From: Bacteroidia bacterium
Lineage (GTDB): Bacteria > Bacteroidota > Bacteroidia > JADZBD01
NCBI GenBank assembly: GCA_020054095.1
Contig: JAGVMA010000044.1
Span: 19,722-83,721 of the forward strand
Direction: 5' to 3'
Length of the DNA stretch: 64,000 bases
The notes beneath the pieces were generated by a model that saw nothing but the letters and a program-made list of their open reading frames with translations, was not told the DNA's origin and ran no database searches. A program made the translations under genes and the position numbers. How positions within the stretch are numbered: the first letter of the stretch is position 1; every line of letters starts with the position of its first letter. This document shows, piece after piece, positions 20,586 to 29,215 of this stretch.

Positions 20586-21017
20586 TCAGCGTGCAATAAA
20601 TTGGTGTAACCGGAGCAAATTATTTACAGTATCGTTTTCTTCCACCCAAAGTTCGCGTCTTTTCAATCGTTTTATTTTCCACTCAAATGGATTGCCGGCC
20701 GGAAATTGGCGAGTAAAAATTATTTTTTCTTTTTCATCATCAAATTCCCAGATGCCGACTTCGTTAAATGGAACTTGGCCGTAAGCAATATAATCAACGG
20801 AATAGCTGCCATCTTTACCAAGTCCTATAATATAGTTTTGGTAAAATGAAGCTTGCGTTGCTGTTTTATCTACACCGTTCTCAAAATAGGTTTGGTACTG
20901 CCAAGTGCGGCTTAGGCGCTGCTTTTTAGTGCGGAGCGAAAATGCCGGACCTTCATCGTATTTTTTACAAGTAATAATACTTGTTAAAATAATAATTATG
21001 CAAATTATTTTTCTCAA
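20586..21017 (-). CDS. Putative lipoprotein (lipocalin-like)
   Basis: Lipobox IITC followed by KKYDEGP.SLRTKK.RL..TW and W.I.RL…ELW. Confidence 0.7.
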   Translation of the reverse strand: MRKIICIIIILTSIITCKKYDEGPAFSLRTKKQRLSRTWQYQTYFENGVDKTATQASFYQNYIIGLGKDGSYSVDYIAYGQVPFNEVGIWEFDDEKEKIIFTRQFPAGNPFEWKIKRLKRRELWVEENDTVNNLLRLHQFIAR

Positions 21018-21589
21018 AATATATTTAAAAACTGTTTTGTTATTTTTTCGGCATCGGCAAATGCCGATTCAAGTTTATCGTTATGTATCACCACATCAAA
21101 TTGTGCGGCAGATTTTATTTCTTCTTCTGCTTTTCCAATTCTGCGTGCAATGCTTTTTTCTGTTTCAGTTTCTCGTTTTCGTAATCGCTCTTCCAGCGAT
21201 TTTATTGACGGAGGCATTACAAAAACCGCCCTAGCTTTTTCGCCAAATTTCTTTTTTAAGCTTATTCCGCCTTTTACGTCCACATCAAAGATTACATGCT
21301 TCCCTTTTCTCCATATTCGCTCCACTTCTTTTTTAAGTGTGCCGTAAAAATTATCTTTATACACCTCTTCCCATTCCACAAATTCATCGGCTTCAATTTT
21401 GTTTTTAAAATCTTTTACTGATATAAAATAATAATCAACTCCCTCGGTTTCGTCCTTTCTTATTTTTCTGCTCGTTGCCGAAACAGAAAATTCTAAATAC
21501 TCGTCAAATGTATTGAGTAAATGGTGAACAATAGTGGTTTTGCCTGCTCCGCTGGGTGCCGAAAATATGATAAGTTTACCTTCTTTCAC
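21014..21589 (-). CDS. gmk: Guanylate kinase
   Basis: SAPSGAGKTT, SATSR, EGVDYYF, FVEWEEVY, YGT. Confidence 0.96.
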   Translation of the reverse strand: MKEGKLIIFSAPSGAGKTTIVHHLLNTFDEYLEFSVSATSRKIRKDETEGVDYYFISVKDFKNKIEADEFVEWEEVYKDNFYGTLKKEVERIWRKGKHVIFDVDVKGGISLKKKFGEKARAVFVMPPSIKSLEERLRKRETETEKSIARRIGKAEEEIKSAAQFDVVIHNDKLESAFADAEKITKQFLNIF

Positions 21590-22452
21590 TACAACACATT
21601 ATTTAATTGTTCTTTTATTTTTTCCAATTCGTCTTTCATCTGCACTACTATTTTCTGCATAACTGCATCATTGGCTTTGCTGCCAATTGTATTTATTTCT
21701 CTGCCTATTTCTTGTGATATAAAAGCAAGTTTTCGGCCGCTGCTCTGTTCTTGCATAGTTTTTAAAAAATAATCGCAGTGAGTTTTTAAACGAACTTTTT
21801 CTTCGGTAATGTCCAATTTTTCGAGGTAGTAAATTAGCTCCTGCTCAAATCGCGACTGGTCAATTTTTTCAATTAGTTCGGCCACTGCTTTATTTAATCG
21901 TTCACGCACGTTTTTTAGTCGTTGCACATCGTGCGCTTCCACTTCGGTTAAATAGTTTAAAATTAAATGTACTCGTTTTTCTAAATCCCTTTTTAGTGTT
22001 TTTCCTTCGGCAGACCTAAACTTATCAAGTTCGGCAATAGCTTTTATTGCGGCCGATTTTATTTTGCTCCATTCTTTTTCATCCAAATCTTGCTTATCGG
22101 TTTGTATAACATCGGGCATTTTTAATATTTGAGTAAGTAAATTGTCTGTCTTTATTTTTAAATCATTAGCAAGTGAGTTGAATTCTCTAAAGTATTGTTT
22201 TGCAATTTTTTTATTGATACTTATTTGTTTTTCCGATTCGCTGGCATCGGAGTATAAGTTAAAATCAATTTTACCGCGTTCTAATTTTTGCGAAACCTCA
22301 TTACGCAACTCTTGTTCTTTCTCGCGATAGATTGATGATATGCGCATGTTTAAGTCTAATTGCTTGCTGTTTACCGAGCGCAGCTCCACTACAATTAATT
22401 TATTTTTTAGTTGTACACTTGCTTTGCCAAAGCCGGTCATAGATTTTAACAT
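21589..22452 (-). CDS. yicC: YicC/YloC family endoribonuclease
   Basis: SMTGFG, EKLDITEE..RL..H, GRKL.FISQEIGREINTIGSK; upstream of gmk. Confidence 0.93.
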   Translation of the reverse strand: MLKSMTGFGKASVQLKNKLIVVELRSVNSKQLDLNMRISSIYREKEQELRNEVSQKLERGKIDFNLYSDASESEKQISINKKIAKQYFREFNSLANDLKIKTDNLLTQILKMPDVIQTDKQDLDEKEWSKIKSAAIKAIAELDKFRSAEGKTLKRDLEKRVHLILNYLTEVEAHDVQRLKNVRERLNKAVAELIEKIDQSRFEQELIYYLEKLDITEEKVRLKTHCDYFLKTMQEQSSGRKLAFISQEIGREINTIGSKANDAVMQKIVVQMKDELEKIKEQLNNVL

Positions 22453-22477
22453 AAATTATAATTTCTGTAAAAATAGT

Positions 22478-22981
22478 TTATTTGCTTTTACGCAAGTGCT
22501 TCTTAACCTCATTTATATTTATTGGCCTGTTCACCGTTTCTTCGAGCGACAATATGGTTTCGGTTCTTTCTATTCCTTCTATTTGCTGAATGTGGTCGTT
22601 TAATACATTTCGCAAATGATGAGTGTTGCGACAAACTACTTTTAAAAAAATACTGTAGTTGCCCGTGGTGTAATGCGCTTCTAAAATTTCAGGTATTTGT
22701 TTCAGTTTAGTAATTACTTTTTTGTAAGCGCTTCCCTTTTGTAAGTAAACGCCAATATAGGCCGTTAGGTCGTAACCCATTTTAGTATAATCAATCAAAA
22801 GGGTTCGCGATTTTATTACTCCCATTTTCTCCAGCTTGGTCATTCGTACATGTATGGTGCCTCCTGATACAATTAATTTTTTCGCTATTTCCGTATAAGG
22901 CGTAAATGCATTTTCGGTTAGGATAGAAATTATTTCTAAATCTAATTTATCAATCTCTAAATTTTCGAGTTCTTTTTCCAT
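22478..22981 (-). CDS. asnC: Lrp/AsnC family transcriptional regulator
   Basis: IDKLD..I…A.TPY.EIAK…VSGGTIHVR HTH and HYTTGNYSIF in the RAM domain. Confidence 0.85.
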   Translation of the reverse strand: MEKELENLEIDKLDLEIISILTENAFTPYTEIAKKLIVSGGTIHVRMTKLEKMGVIKSRTLLIDYTKMGYDLTAYIGVYLQKGSAYKKVITKLKQIPEILEAHYTTGNYSIFLKVVCRNTHHLRNVLNDHIQQIEGIERTETILSLEETVNRPININEVKKHLRKSK

Positions 22982-23070
22982 TATTAGATATGAATATTGT
23001 ATAATTTATGTCGTTAATTTTCAATATTACTAAAAATATTTAAAATATATTATTATATTAATAATGAACA

Positions 23071-23078
23071 TATTTTTG
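23071..23078 (+). promoter_or_regulatory. Bacteroidota -7 promoter element for the tRNA-like RNA
   Basis: TATTTTTG (TAnnTTTG) ending 16 bp before the 5' end of the cloverleaf. Confidence 0.55.
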
Positions 23079-23093
23079 CTTCGTTAATTTAAA

Positions 23094-23217
23094 TGTGGGG
23101 TGATGAAACAAGGCAGACATGCCAGCTTGTCGCGCTGGTAGAGAAACCGGGAAAACCTTTTGGGAAACCGAAACCAATAACCGCTCTATGAAGGTTCGAA
23201 TCCTTCCCCTACAGCAA
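23094..23217 (+). ncRNA. Non-canonical tRNA-like RNA, GTC (Asp) anticodon, 51-nt variable region
   Basis: Acceptor stem TGTGGGG/CCCTACA, D-arm ATG-AAACAAGGCAGA-CAT, anticodon arm CCAGC-TTGTCGC-GCTGG, T-arm GAAGG-TTCGAAT-CCTTC, discriminator G then CAA. Confidence 0.8.
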
Positions 23218-23220
23218 AAT

Positions 23221-24105
23221 TTAGTTTTTACTTTTTGTGTTTGACACAATGTAAACTCCGGCAAAAATAAATGCACCTGCAATAATTTTTTGCCAGGTGA
23301 TGCTGCTGTTAAAAAACCAAATAGCGATTAACGCTGACAGAAGTGGTTGCAAATAAATATAGGCACTCACCACTGATGTGCTTAGCTGACGAAGCGCAAG
23401 CGTATTTAGCAGATAGGCGACAAAGGTTGTAAATACAATCACAAAAATCATAAAGAAAAGTATGTTGCTCGGAATTATTTGCCAGTTGGTGCTTGCTAAA
23501 TCTGAAATTCCAAGGGGAGTTACCAATGGCAGCCCGAACAGAAAAGTCCATTTTAATATGGTAACTGTATGGTATTTTTGCATCAGTGGTTTCACAAGCA
23601 CTAAATATGTTCCCCAGCTGATCGCATTAATAAGCACATATAAATTTCCAATTAATGATGATTCGTTTCCATTAGCGTTATTGCCTTGGTAAACTAAAAA
23701 TGCAGCACCAAAGAAACCTATAATTATGCCAAGCATTTTTATTACCGTAATTTTTTCTTTTATAGAAATTGCAGCAATAATAGTTACCAAAATTGGAGTT
23801 GTTACCATCATAAGTGCAGCATCTATTGAGCTTGTGAGGTGAAGCCCTTTAAGAAAAAGCGATTGGTTAATTGCTACACCAAATACGCCTAACAAAACTA
23901 GTCTTGGAAAATCAGCTTTATCTGTTTTTTCTTTAACGAACAACAAAGCCGTTAGCCAAAATAAAAGTGTGGCACCTATAACCCGCATCAGCACAAATTG
24001 ACCATCGCTGATAAATTCCATTGCATTTTTTGCAATAGGAAAACTTGCAGCATATATAATGTTAGCAGCAAGTAATGCTAAATGCGCTTTGGTAGTTTTA
24101 GTCAC
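23221..24105 (-). CDS. DMT/EamA family transporter
   Basis: About 10 TM helices in two EamA repeats; VVSAYIYLQP. Confidence 0.88.
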   Translation of the reverse strand: MTKTTKAHLALLAANIIYAASFPIAKNAMEFISDGQFVLMRVIGATLLFWLTALLFVKEKTDKADFPRLVLLGVFGVAINQSLFLKGLHLTSSIDAALMMVTTPILVTIIAAISIKEKITVIKMLGIIIGFFGAAFLVYQGNNANGNESSLIGNLYVLINAISWGTYLVLVKPLMQKYHTVTILKWTFLFGLPLVTPLGISDLASTNWQIIPSNILFFMIFVIVFTTFVAYLLNTLALRQLSTSVVSAYIYLQPLLSALIAIWFFNSSITWQKIIAGAFIFAGVYIVSNTKSKN

Positions 24106-24455
24106 AGTAATTTGGCTGCTTCGGTAATAACCGATTTGGAATTGCCTATAAATATTTTATCGGAAACAACTATTACCGGGCGCTTCAGAAAAGTATATTC
24201 TTCTAAAATATATTTTCGGTAATCTTTTTCGGCTAGCTTTTTGTTGTTTAAGCCAAGCGCACGATACTTAAGTGCAATGCGACTGAAAAGAGACTCGTAG
24301 CTCCCCGATAAATTTTTCAGTTCATCAATTTGAGCTGGAGTAATTTTTTCGGTTTTTATATCCTGCATTGTCATTTTTGGGGTGGTTATACCAAGCTCTT
24401 TAATTATGCGCGCACAAGTGCTGCAAGAGGACAGGTAGTAAATTTTGTTTTTCAT
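24102..24455 (-). CDS. ArsC/Spx family protein
   Basis: SCSTC motif and TFLKRPVIV. Confidence 0.85.
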   Translation of the reverse strand: MKNKIYYLSSCSTCARIIKELGITTPKMTMQDIKTEKITPAQIDELKNLSGSYESLFSRIALKYRALGLNNKKLAEKDYRKYILEEYTFLKRPVIVVSDKIFIGNSKSVITEAAKLL

Positions 24456-24458
24456 TTT

Positions 24459-26435
24459 CTAAATTTTTATTCCAATTAATAATACATCATCTACTTGTTC
24501 CAGTTCGCCTTTCCATGTGGTAAAAGACTGGTCAATGTTTTTTCGCTGAATATGCATGGGCTGTTCCGAATACGAAATGAGTGTTTCTTTCAAGCGACTG
24601 TATTTATATTTTTTTCCATCCGGACCACCAAATTGGTCGGCATAGCCATCGCTAAATAAATAGAAACAATCTCCTTTTTCTAAAACAAATTCATGAATAG
24701 TAAATGAGTGCGTGGCATTTTCGTTTTTTGCGCTTATGGCAATTTTATCAGCTTTGTATTCAGTAAGTATTTTGTTGCGAATATGATAAATAGGATTGTT
24801 TGCACCGGAAAATTGCAGAGCTTTATTTTTTCTGTCGAGTCGTATTATTGATAAATCCATCCCATCGCGCACATTCGCACTTCGGTAACTATGGCCAAAT
24901 AATTCCGCTACTTCATCTTGTAAAAATGAAAGGACTTGAGCTGTGCTCGGATTGCTTAGTCTTTTAACAGCATTGTTAAGTGCATTGTGTCCAACCATGC
25001 TCATAAATGCGCCCGGAACACCATGCCCTGTGCAATCTACTGCAGCGATATAGGTGTATGCCCCTGATGACACAATCCAATAAAAATCACCACTCACAAT
25101 ATCTTTTGGCTTAAAATAAATAAATGATTCGCCAAGTAACTGATATGACATATCATCATCAGGCAATATTGATTCTTGAATGTATTGAGCATAACGAATA
25201 CTATCAGTGATACTTTTGTTTTTTTCTTCTATGATGGTTTTTTGAACAGACATTCGATGATTGTCTTTTATTTTTTGTTTGTATTGCCGGTAGAGGAAAA
25301 ATCCAAGAACACAAAAAACAATTGACACTAATGCGAAAAAAATTAAAAACCTGCTTTTCGTTTTAATTTCGTTTGTTGATTTTTCGAGTTCTAAATTTTT
25401 TTCAACCAATTCCTTTTCTTTTTTTGCTGTCTGAAATTTTGTTTCAGTTTCCAATAATTGTTTGCGGCTGGTTTCGTTAAAAATACTGTCTTTGTAGGTG
25501 GTGTATTTTACATGAAACTCGTAAGCGTTTTCAAAATCGCCCAAGTCTTTATATATATCCGAAATGCTTACACAGACCTCTTGTAAATTATGATAGGCGT
25601 TACGTTTTAAATGTATATTATAAGCTAACAAATAAAATTCAAGTGCATTTTTCTTATCACCTTTATTGTAATGTATTTCGCCCATTGAACCATAAGTTGC
25701 CGCTAAGCCGTATTGCTGATTTAGTTCAATTAAAATTTTAAGTGCATCGTTCATGCTTTCAAGTGCTAAATCGTATTTTTTTTCGGTATTTAAGAACTGC
25801 CCTTTTAACGTATGGCATACCGATACATGGTAGCGCATACCTTCACTTTTTAACAATCGCATAGCTTCATCTATATAGAGATAAGCACTATCAAGAATTT
25901 TTTTTTCGCCATAGATATTGGCTATGCCAAATGATGCCACCCCAATACCGGCAGGGTTTTTAACTTCTACTGAAAGCTTGCGGCAAAGTTTATACGATTG
26001 AAGTGCTTTGTCATAATCTTTATTCCCGATGTATGAGTTTGCAATAGAGTTCATCACATTAATCATCGCTTCTTTGTATTCTAATTTTTCAAACAAGGCA
26101 TACGATTCGTAAAAATATTTGAACGATAAATTATAACTGCCCTTTGCATTGTGAGCCGCACCAATTTCCATAAGCGCTTTAGCTTCGCCAAATTGATAGT
26201 TTATTTTTCTCGAAATTTTTAAAGCTGTTTCGGCAAAATACAAGCATGTGTCAGGGTAATCGTAAAGCAAATAGGCAATGTCGTTCAGGCGGTTTACCCG
26301 AATGCTATCTTCTGCCAATTCTTTTTTTAATAACGCACGTATACTGTCAATCTTCTGCTTGTCTTCGGCATAGGCGAATAATGTGCAAAAGCAAAAAGCA
26401 ATTAAGCAAAATAGTTGTTTCGTGGCACAGCGCAT
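24459..26435 (-). CDS. TPR-domain membrane sensor with SpoIIE/PP2C (RsbU-like) phosphatase
   Basis: Signal peptide, TPRs, TM helix, DSIRYAQYIQ linker, then VSGDFYW, DCTGHGVPGA, DGMD, SDGYADQFGG, QVDD. Confidence 0.92.
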   Translation of the reverse strand: MRCATKQLFCLIAFCFCTLFAYAEDKQKIDSIRALLKKELAEDSIRVNRLNDIAYLLYDYPDTCLYFAETALKISRKINYQFGEAKALMEIGAAHNAKGSYNLSFKYFYESYALFEKLEYKEAMINVMNSIANSYIGNKDYDKALQSYKLCRKLSVEVKNPAGIGVASFGIANIYGEKKILDSAYLYIDEAMRLLKSEGMRYHVSVCHTLKGQFLNTEKKYDLALESMNDALKILIELNQQYGLAATYGSMGEIHYNKGDKKNALEFYLLAYNIHLKRNAYHNLQEVCVSISDIYKDLGDFENAYEFHVKYTTYKDSIFNETSRKQLLETETKFQTAKKEKELVEKNLELEKSTNEIKTKSRFLIFFALVSIVFCVLGFFLYRQYKQKIKDNHRMSVQKTIIEEKNKSITDSIRYAQYIQESILPDDDMSYQLLGESFIYFKPKDIVSGDFYWIVSSGAYTYIAAVDCTGHGVPGAFMSMVGHNALNNAVKRLSNPSTAQVLSFLQDEVAELFGHSYRSANVRDGMDLSIIRLDRKNKALQFSGANNPIYHIRNKILTEYKADKIAISAKNENATHSFTIHEFVLEKGDCFYLFSDGYADQFGGPDGKKYKYSRLKETLISYSEQPMHIQRKNIDQSFTTWKGELEQVDDVLLIGIKI

Positions 26436-26482
26436 ATTGCACGAAAGTAACGCTCAAAAACTAAAAGTACAACTAATAGAAA

Positions 26483-29131
26483 TTATTTATTTTTTAATTT
26501 GTTTATTGATTTCTCAATGTATTTTTGAGTTGGGAGTAAGCTGTTTTGGATACGCTTGGCGTATCGGATGGAGTCCAATATTTCCTTTTGCTTTTCCTCT
26601 ACCAATTCTTTTTCTTTTTTTAATTCATCGGTACGCTGTTCAACTGCGGCTTCTAAAATTATTTTTTCTTCGATTAATTTTTTCTCGCGCCACTTTATGT
26701 AACAGTATGCCCCCACAAATAATGCTATTGCGCATAACGTGTAAAACCAATACGTACGCCAAAACGGAGGGGTTACAATCAGCTTTACCACAGTGGGCGC
26801 CTCGTTCCACACGCCATCATTATTGGCCGCTTTTATTTTAAAATAATAAGTCCCCGGATTCAGATTGGTGAATGTAACAAAGCGCCTGTTGTCTAAATCT
26901 ATCCAATCGTTGTCAAATCCCTCCATCATGTATTTGAATTTATTTTTTGCCGGATTGGTAAATTCAAGTGCCGAAAACTCAAACGAAAAAAAATATTCTT
27001 TATAGCTCAATTCTATTTCGGATAAATAAGAGAAGTCGGCATTCAGCTCATAGTTTTTGTTCAGCGCTGTAAACCCTGTTATTACCGATTTGGGCAGAAC
27101 GATATTTGGCCTTATTTCATCAGCGTTAAAATAGCTAACGCCATTTACACCACCCATGTAAAAAAACCCTTTTTCATCAACTGCCGCTGCTCTATTAAAC
27201 TCATTACTCTGTACGCCATCGGCTTGTGTGTAGTTCTTTATTTCTTTTGTTTCGGTATTAAATTTTGAGAGGCCGGAATTAGTTGCCACCCATAAATTTG
27301 ATTTTGCATCTGATAAAAGTGCCACCACAGTATTTCCCGCCAATCCATCCTTTATGGTGAAACTTACGGCTTCGTTTTTTTCAGGATTAAAAAAATTTAA
27401 TCCACCACCAATGGTGCCTACCCACATCAGGTCGTTTTTATCAATATGAATTTCGCAAATTAAATTACTGCTAAGCGATTTCTTGTCGGAATCGCTGTGC
27501 TGATAGGTTTTAAATTTTTTTGTGGTTGGATTGTAAACGCTTAATCCTTTACTGCTTGCAATCCAAATATTTCCTTTTTTATCTTCGGCAAAAGCGCTAA
27601 TTGTTCCGTTTTGTAATGAATCTGCAGATAAATTATTGGGCCGATGGTAAATGTATTTTTTATTTTCATAATCAATTATGTTTATGCCCCAGCCCGACAT
27701 GCCAATCCAGATGTTTTTTTTGCTGTCAACAAAAAGCACATTTATGTTATTGCTTGTTACACATGTTTTACAATAATTTATATCTATTGGTTCAAATATT
27801 TTTTTGTCGGGATAATATTTTACCAATCCACCACCGTTCACCACCATCCAAATAAATCCATCGGCATCTTCCACAATTGATGTAACAATTCCATTTTCAG
27901 GCATTCCCTTTTTTCGGTCTTTTGAATTAGGGAATGCAGTAAATTTTTTTGTGACCGGATTATATTCATCCACTCCATTGGTATGCCCGAATAACACATT
28001 GCCATTTTTTAATACACACGCACTAAGCACACTGCTGCGCGATAAAGAATTGGAAGATGAGCTGGAGGAATAAAAGTGTTTGAAGCGTGCAGCGAATGGG
28101 CTGTAAATGTTTACTCCTGCGCCCCAAGTACCCGCCCATATTTGCCCGCTTTTATCACAAAGCAAACTAAAAACATTATTATCGCTCAGCGAGAAAAAAT
28201 TATTTTTATCGTTCAGACATTTTTCCGATTCGGCTGTTTTCGGATTATAAATTATCAATCCATCTTCGGCAGTAGCTATCCACACCCGTTCTTGTTTGTC
28301 AATATACATATCCCAAACCATGGCACATTCAATACTTTTTATTTTACTATTCCCCATGCGATTATTGATAAAACTATTATCAGCCGGATTGAACAAAATT
28401 ACGCCCATGTTCCAAGTCCCAATCCAAACTTTGCCATCGGTTGCAATTTCTAAAGTGCGGATAACATTGTGTTGCAGGCCACTGTTTGATGTGTTATAGG
28501 TTTTATACTTTTTTGTTTTAGGATAAAAAACACTTATCCCGGCATCCCAATGGCCTATCCACATAGTTCCATCGGGCGCACATGCAATTGCCCGTACATC
28601 GTTAGATGCTATTGAATTGGCATTCGTTTTATTATAAATGTGATGTGCAATAATTTTTTTTGTTTTTGTATCAATCACATAAGCCCCCTTATCAACCGTT
28701 GCCACCCACAAGTTATTGTCGGCATCAAAACAAAGTGTAACAATAAAACTCGATGAAATGCCCAAACTGTCATTCATTGGGTATCTGTGAAAAACTCCCG
28801 AATTAAAATCATAGTAATTTAAACCGCCACCGCGCGTGCCAATCCACAGCGTGTTTTTATCAGCGCACAGCGATTTAATATTATTAGCCGCCAGCGAATT
28901 AGTGTCATCTGCATCGGTCCTGAATTGCTTTATACTATAGCCATCGTATCGGTTAAGCCCTTCTCCGGAGCCAATCCAAATAAAACCAAGCGAGTCTTGC
29001 GCCATACAGAAAACACTGTTTTGCGAAAGCCCTTCGTTAACTGTTATGTGCTTATACTTATAGCCCTGGCAAAATGCTGCAAAATAAAACCCGCAGGTAA
29101 TTACTATTAAAGTGATTTGCTTTTTAAGCAT
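26483..29131 (-). CDS. Beta-propeller (Reg_prop)/YYY membrane sensor lacking an output catalytic domain
   Basis: Repeated D..G.IW.GT..GL blades, YYY domain (FTNLNPGTYYF), PPFWRTYWF TM helix, ends EILDSIRYAKRIQNSLLPTQKYIEKSINKLKNK. Start taken at MLKKQIT. Confidence 0.88.
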   Translation of the reverse strand: MLKKQITLIVITCGFYFAAFCQGYKYKHITVNEGLSQNSVFCMAQDSLGFIWIGSGEGLNRYDGYSIKQFRTDADDTNSLAANNIKSLCADKNTLWIGTRGGGLNYYDFNSGVFHRYPMNDSLGISSSFIVTLCFDADNNLWVATVDKGAYVIDTKTKKIIAHHIYNKTNANSIASNDVRAIACAPDGTMWIGHWDAGISVFYPKTKKYKTYNTSNSGLQHNVIRTLEIATDGKVWIGTWNMGVILFNPADNSFINNRMGNSKIKSIECAMVWDMYIDKQERVWIATAEDGLIIYNPKTAESEKCLNDKNNFFSLSDNNVFSLLCDKSGQIWAGTWGAGVNIYSPFAARFKHFYSSSSSSNSLSRSSVLSACVLKNGNVLFGHTNGVDEYNPVTKKFTAFPNSKDRKKGMPENGIVTSIVEDADGFIWMVVNGGGLVKYYPDKKIFEPIDINYCKTCVTSNNINVLFVDSKKNIWIGMSGWGINIIDYENKKYIYHRPNNLSADSLQNGTISAFAEDKKGNIWIASSKGLSVYNPTTKKFKTYQHSDSDKKSLSSNLICEIHIDKNDLMWVGTIGGGLNFFNPEKNEAVSFTIKDGLAGNTVVALLSDAKSNLWVATNSGLSKFNTETKEIKNYTQADGVQSNEFNRAAAVDEKGFFYMGGVNGVSYFNADEIRPNIVLPKSVITGFTALNKNYELNADFSYLSEIELSYKEYFFSFEFSALEFTNPAKNKFKYMMEGFDNDWIDLDNRRFVTFTNLNPGTYYFKIKAANNDGVWNEAPTVVKLIVTPPFWRTYWFYTLCAIALFVGAYCYIKWREKKLIEEKIILEAAVEQRTDELKKEKELVEEKQKEILDSIRYAKRIQNSLLPTQKYIEKSINKLKNK

Positions 29132-29215
29132 AAACAATATTAGTAAAACCACATTAGATACAAATGCGCTAATTGCATTTATATTTTGGATGAACTAATG
29201 CTTGAGTTAATTTGC

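Noticed and set aside
23094..23217. Calling the cloverleaf a normal tRNA-Asp, tRNA-Sec or tmRNA
   Set aside because: The 51-nt variable region, U1-A start and class II D-arm do not fit tRNA-Asp. The anticodon is not TCA and the fold is 7/5, so not tRNA-Sec. It has an anticodon arm, is too short and lacks G3-U70 and a tag ORF, so not tmRNA.
23058..23282. 74-aa minus-strand ORF
   Set aside because: Antisense shadow of the tRNA-like RNA (the CRGRIRT peptide is the reverse T-arm); it also overlaps the DMT gene.
26383..26841. 152-aa plus-strand ORF and the many other 60-130-aa ORFs antisense or nested in long genes
   Set aside because: They overlap well-supported genes and have no motifs; treated as shadow ORFs.
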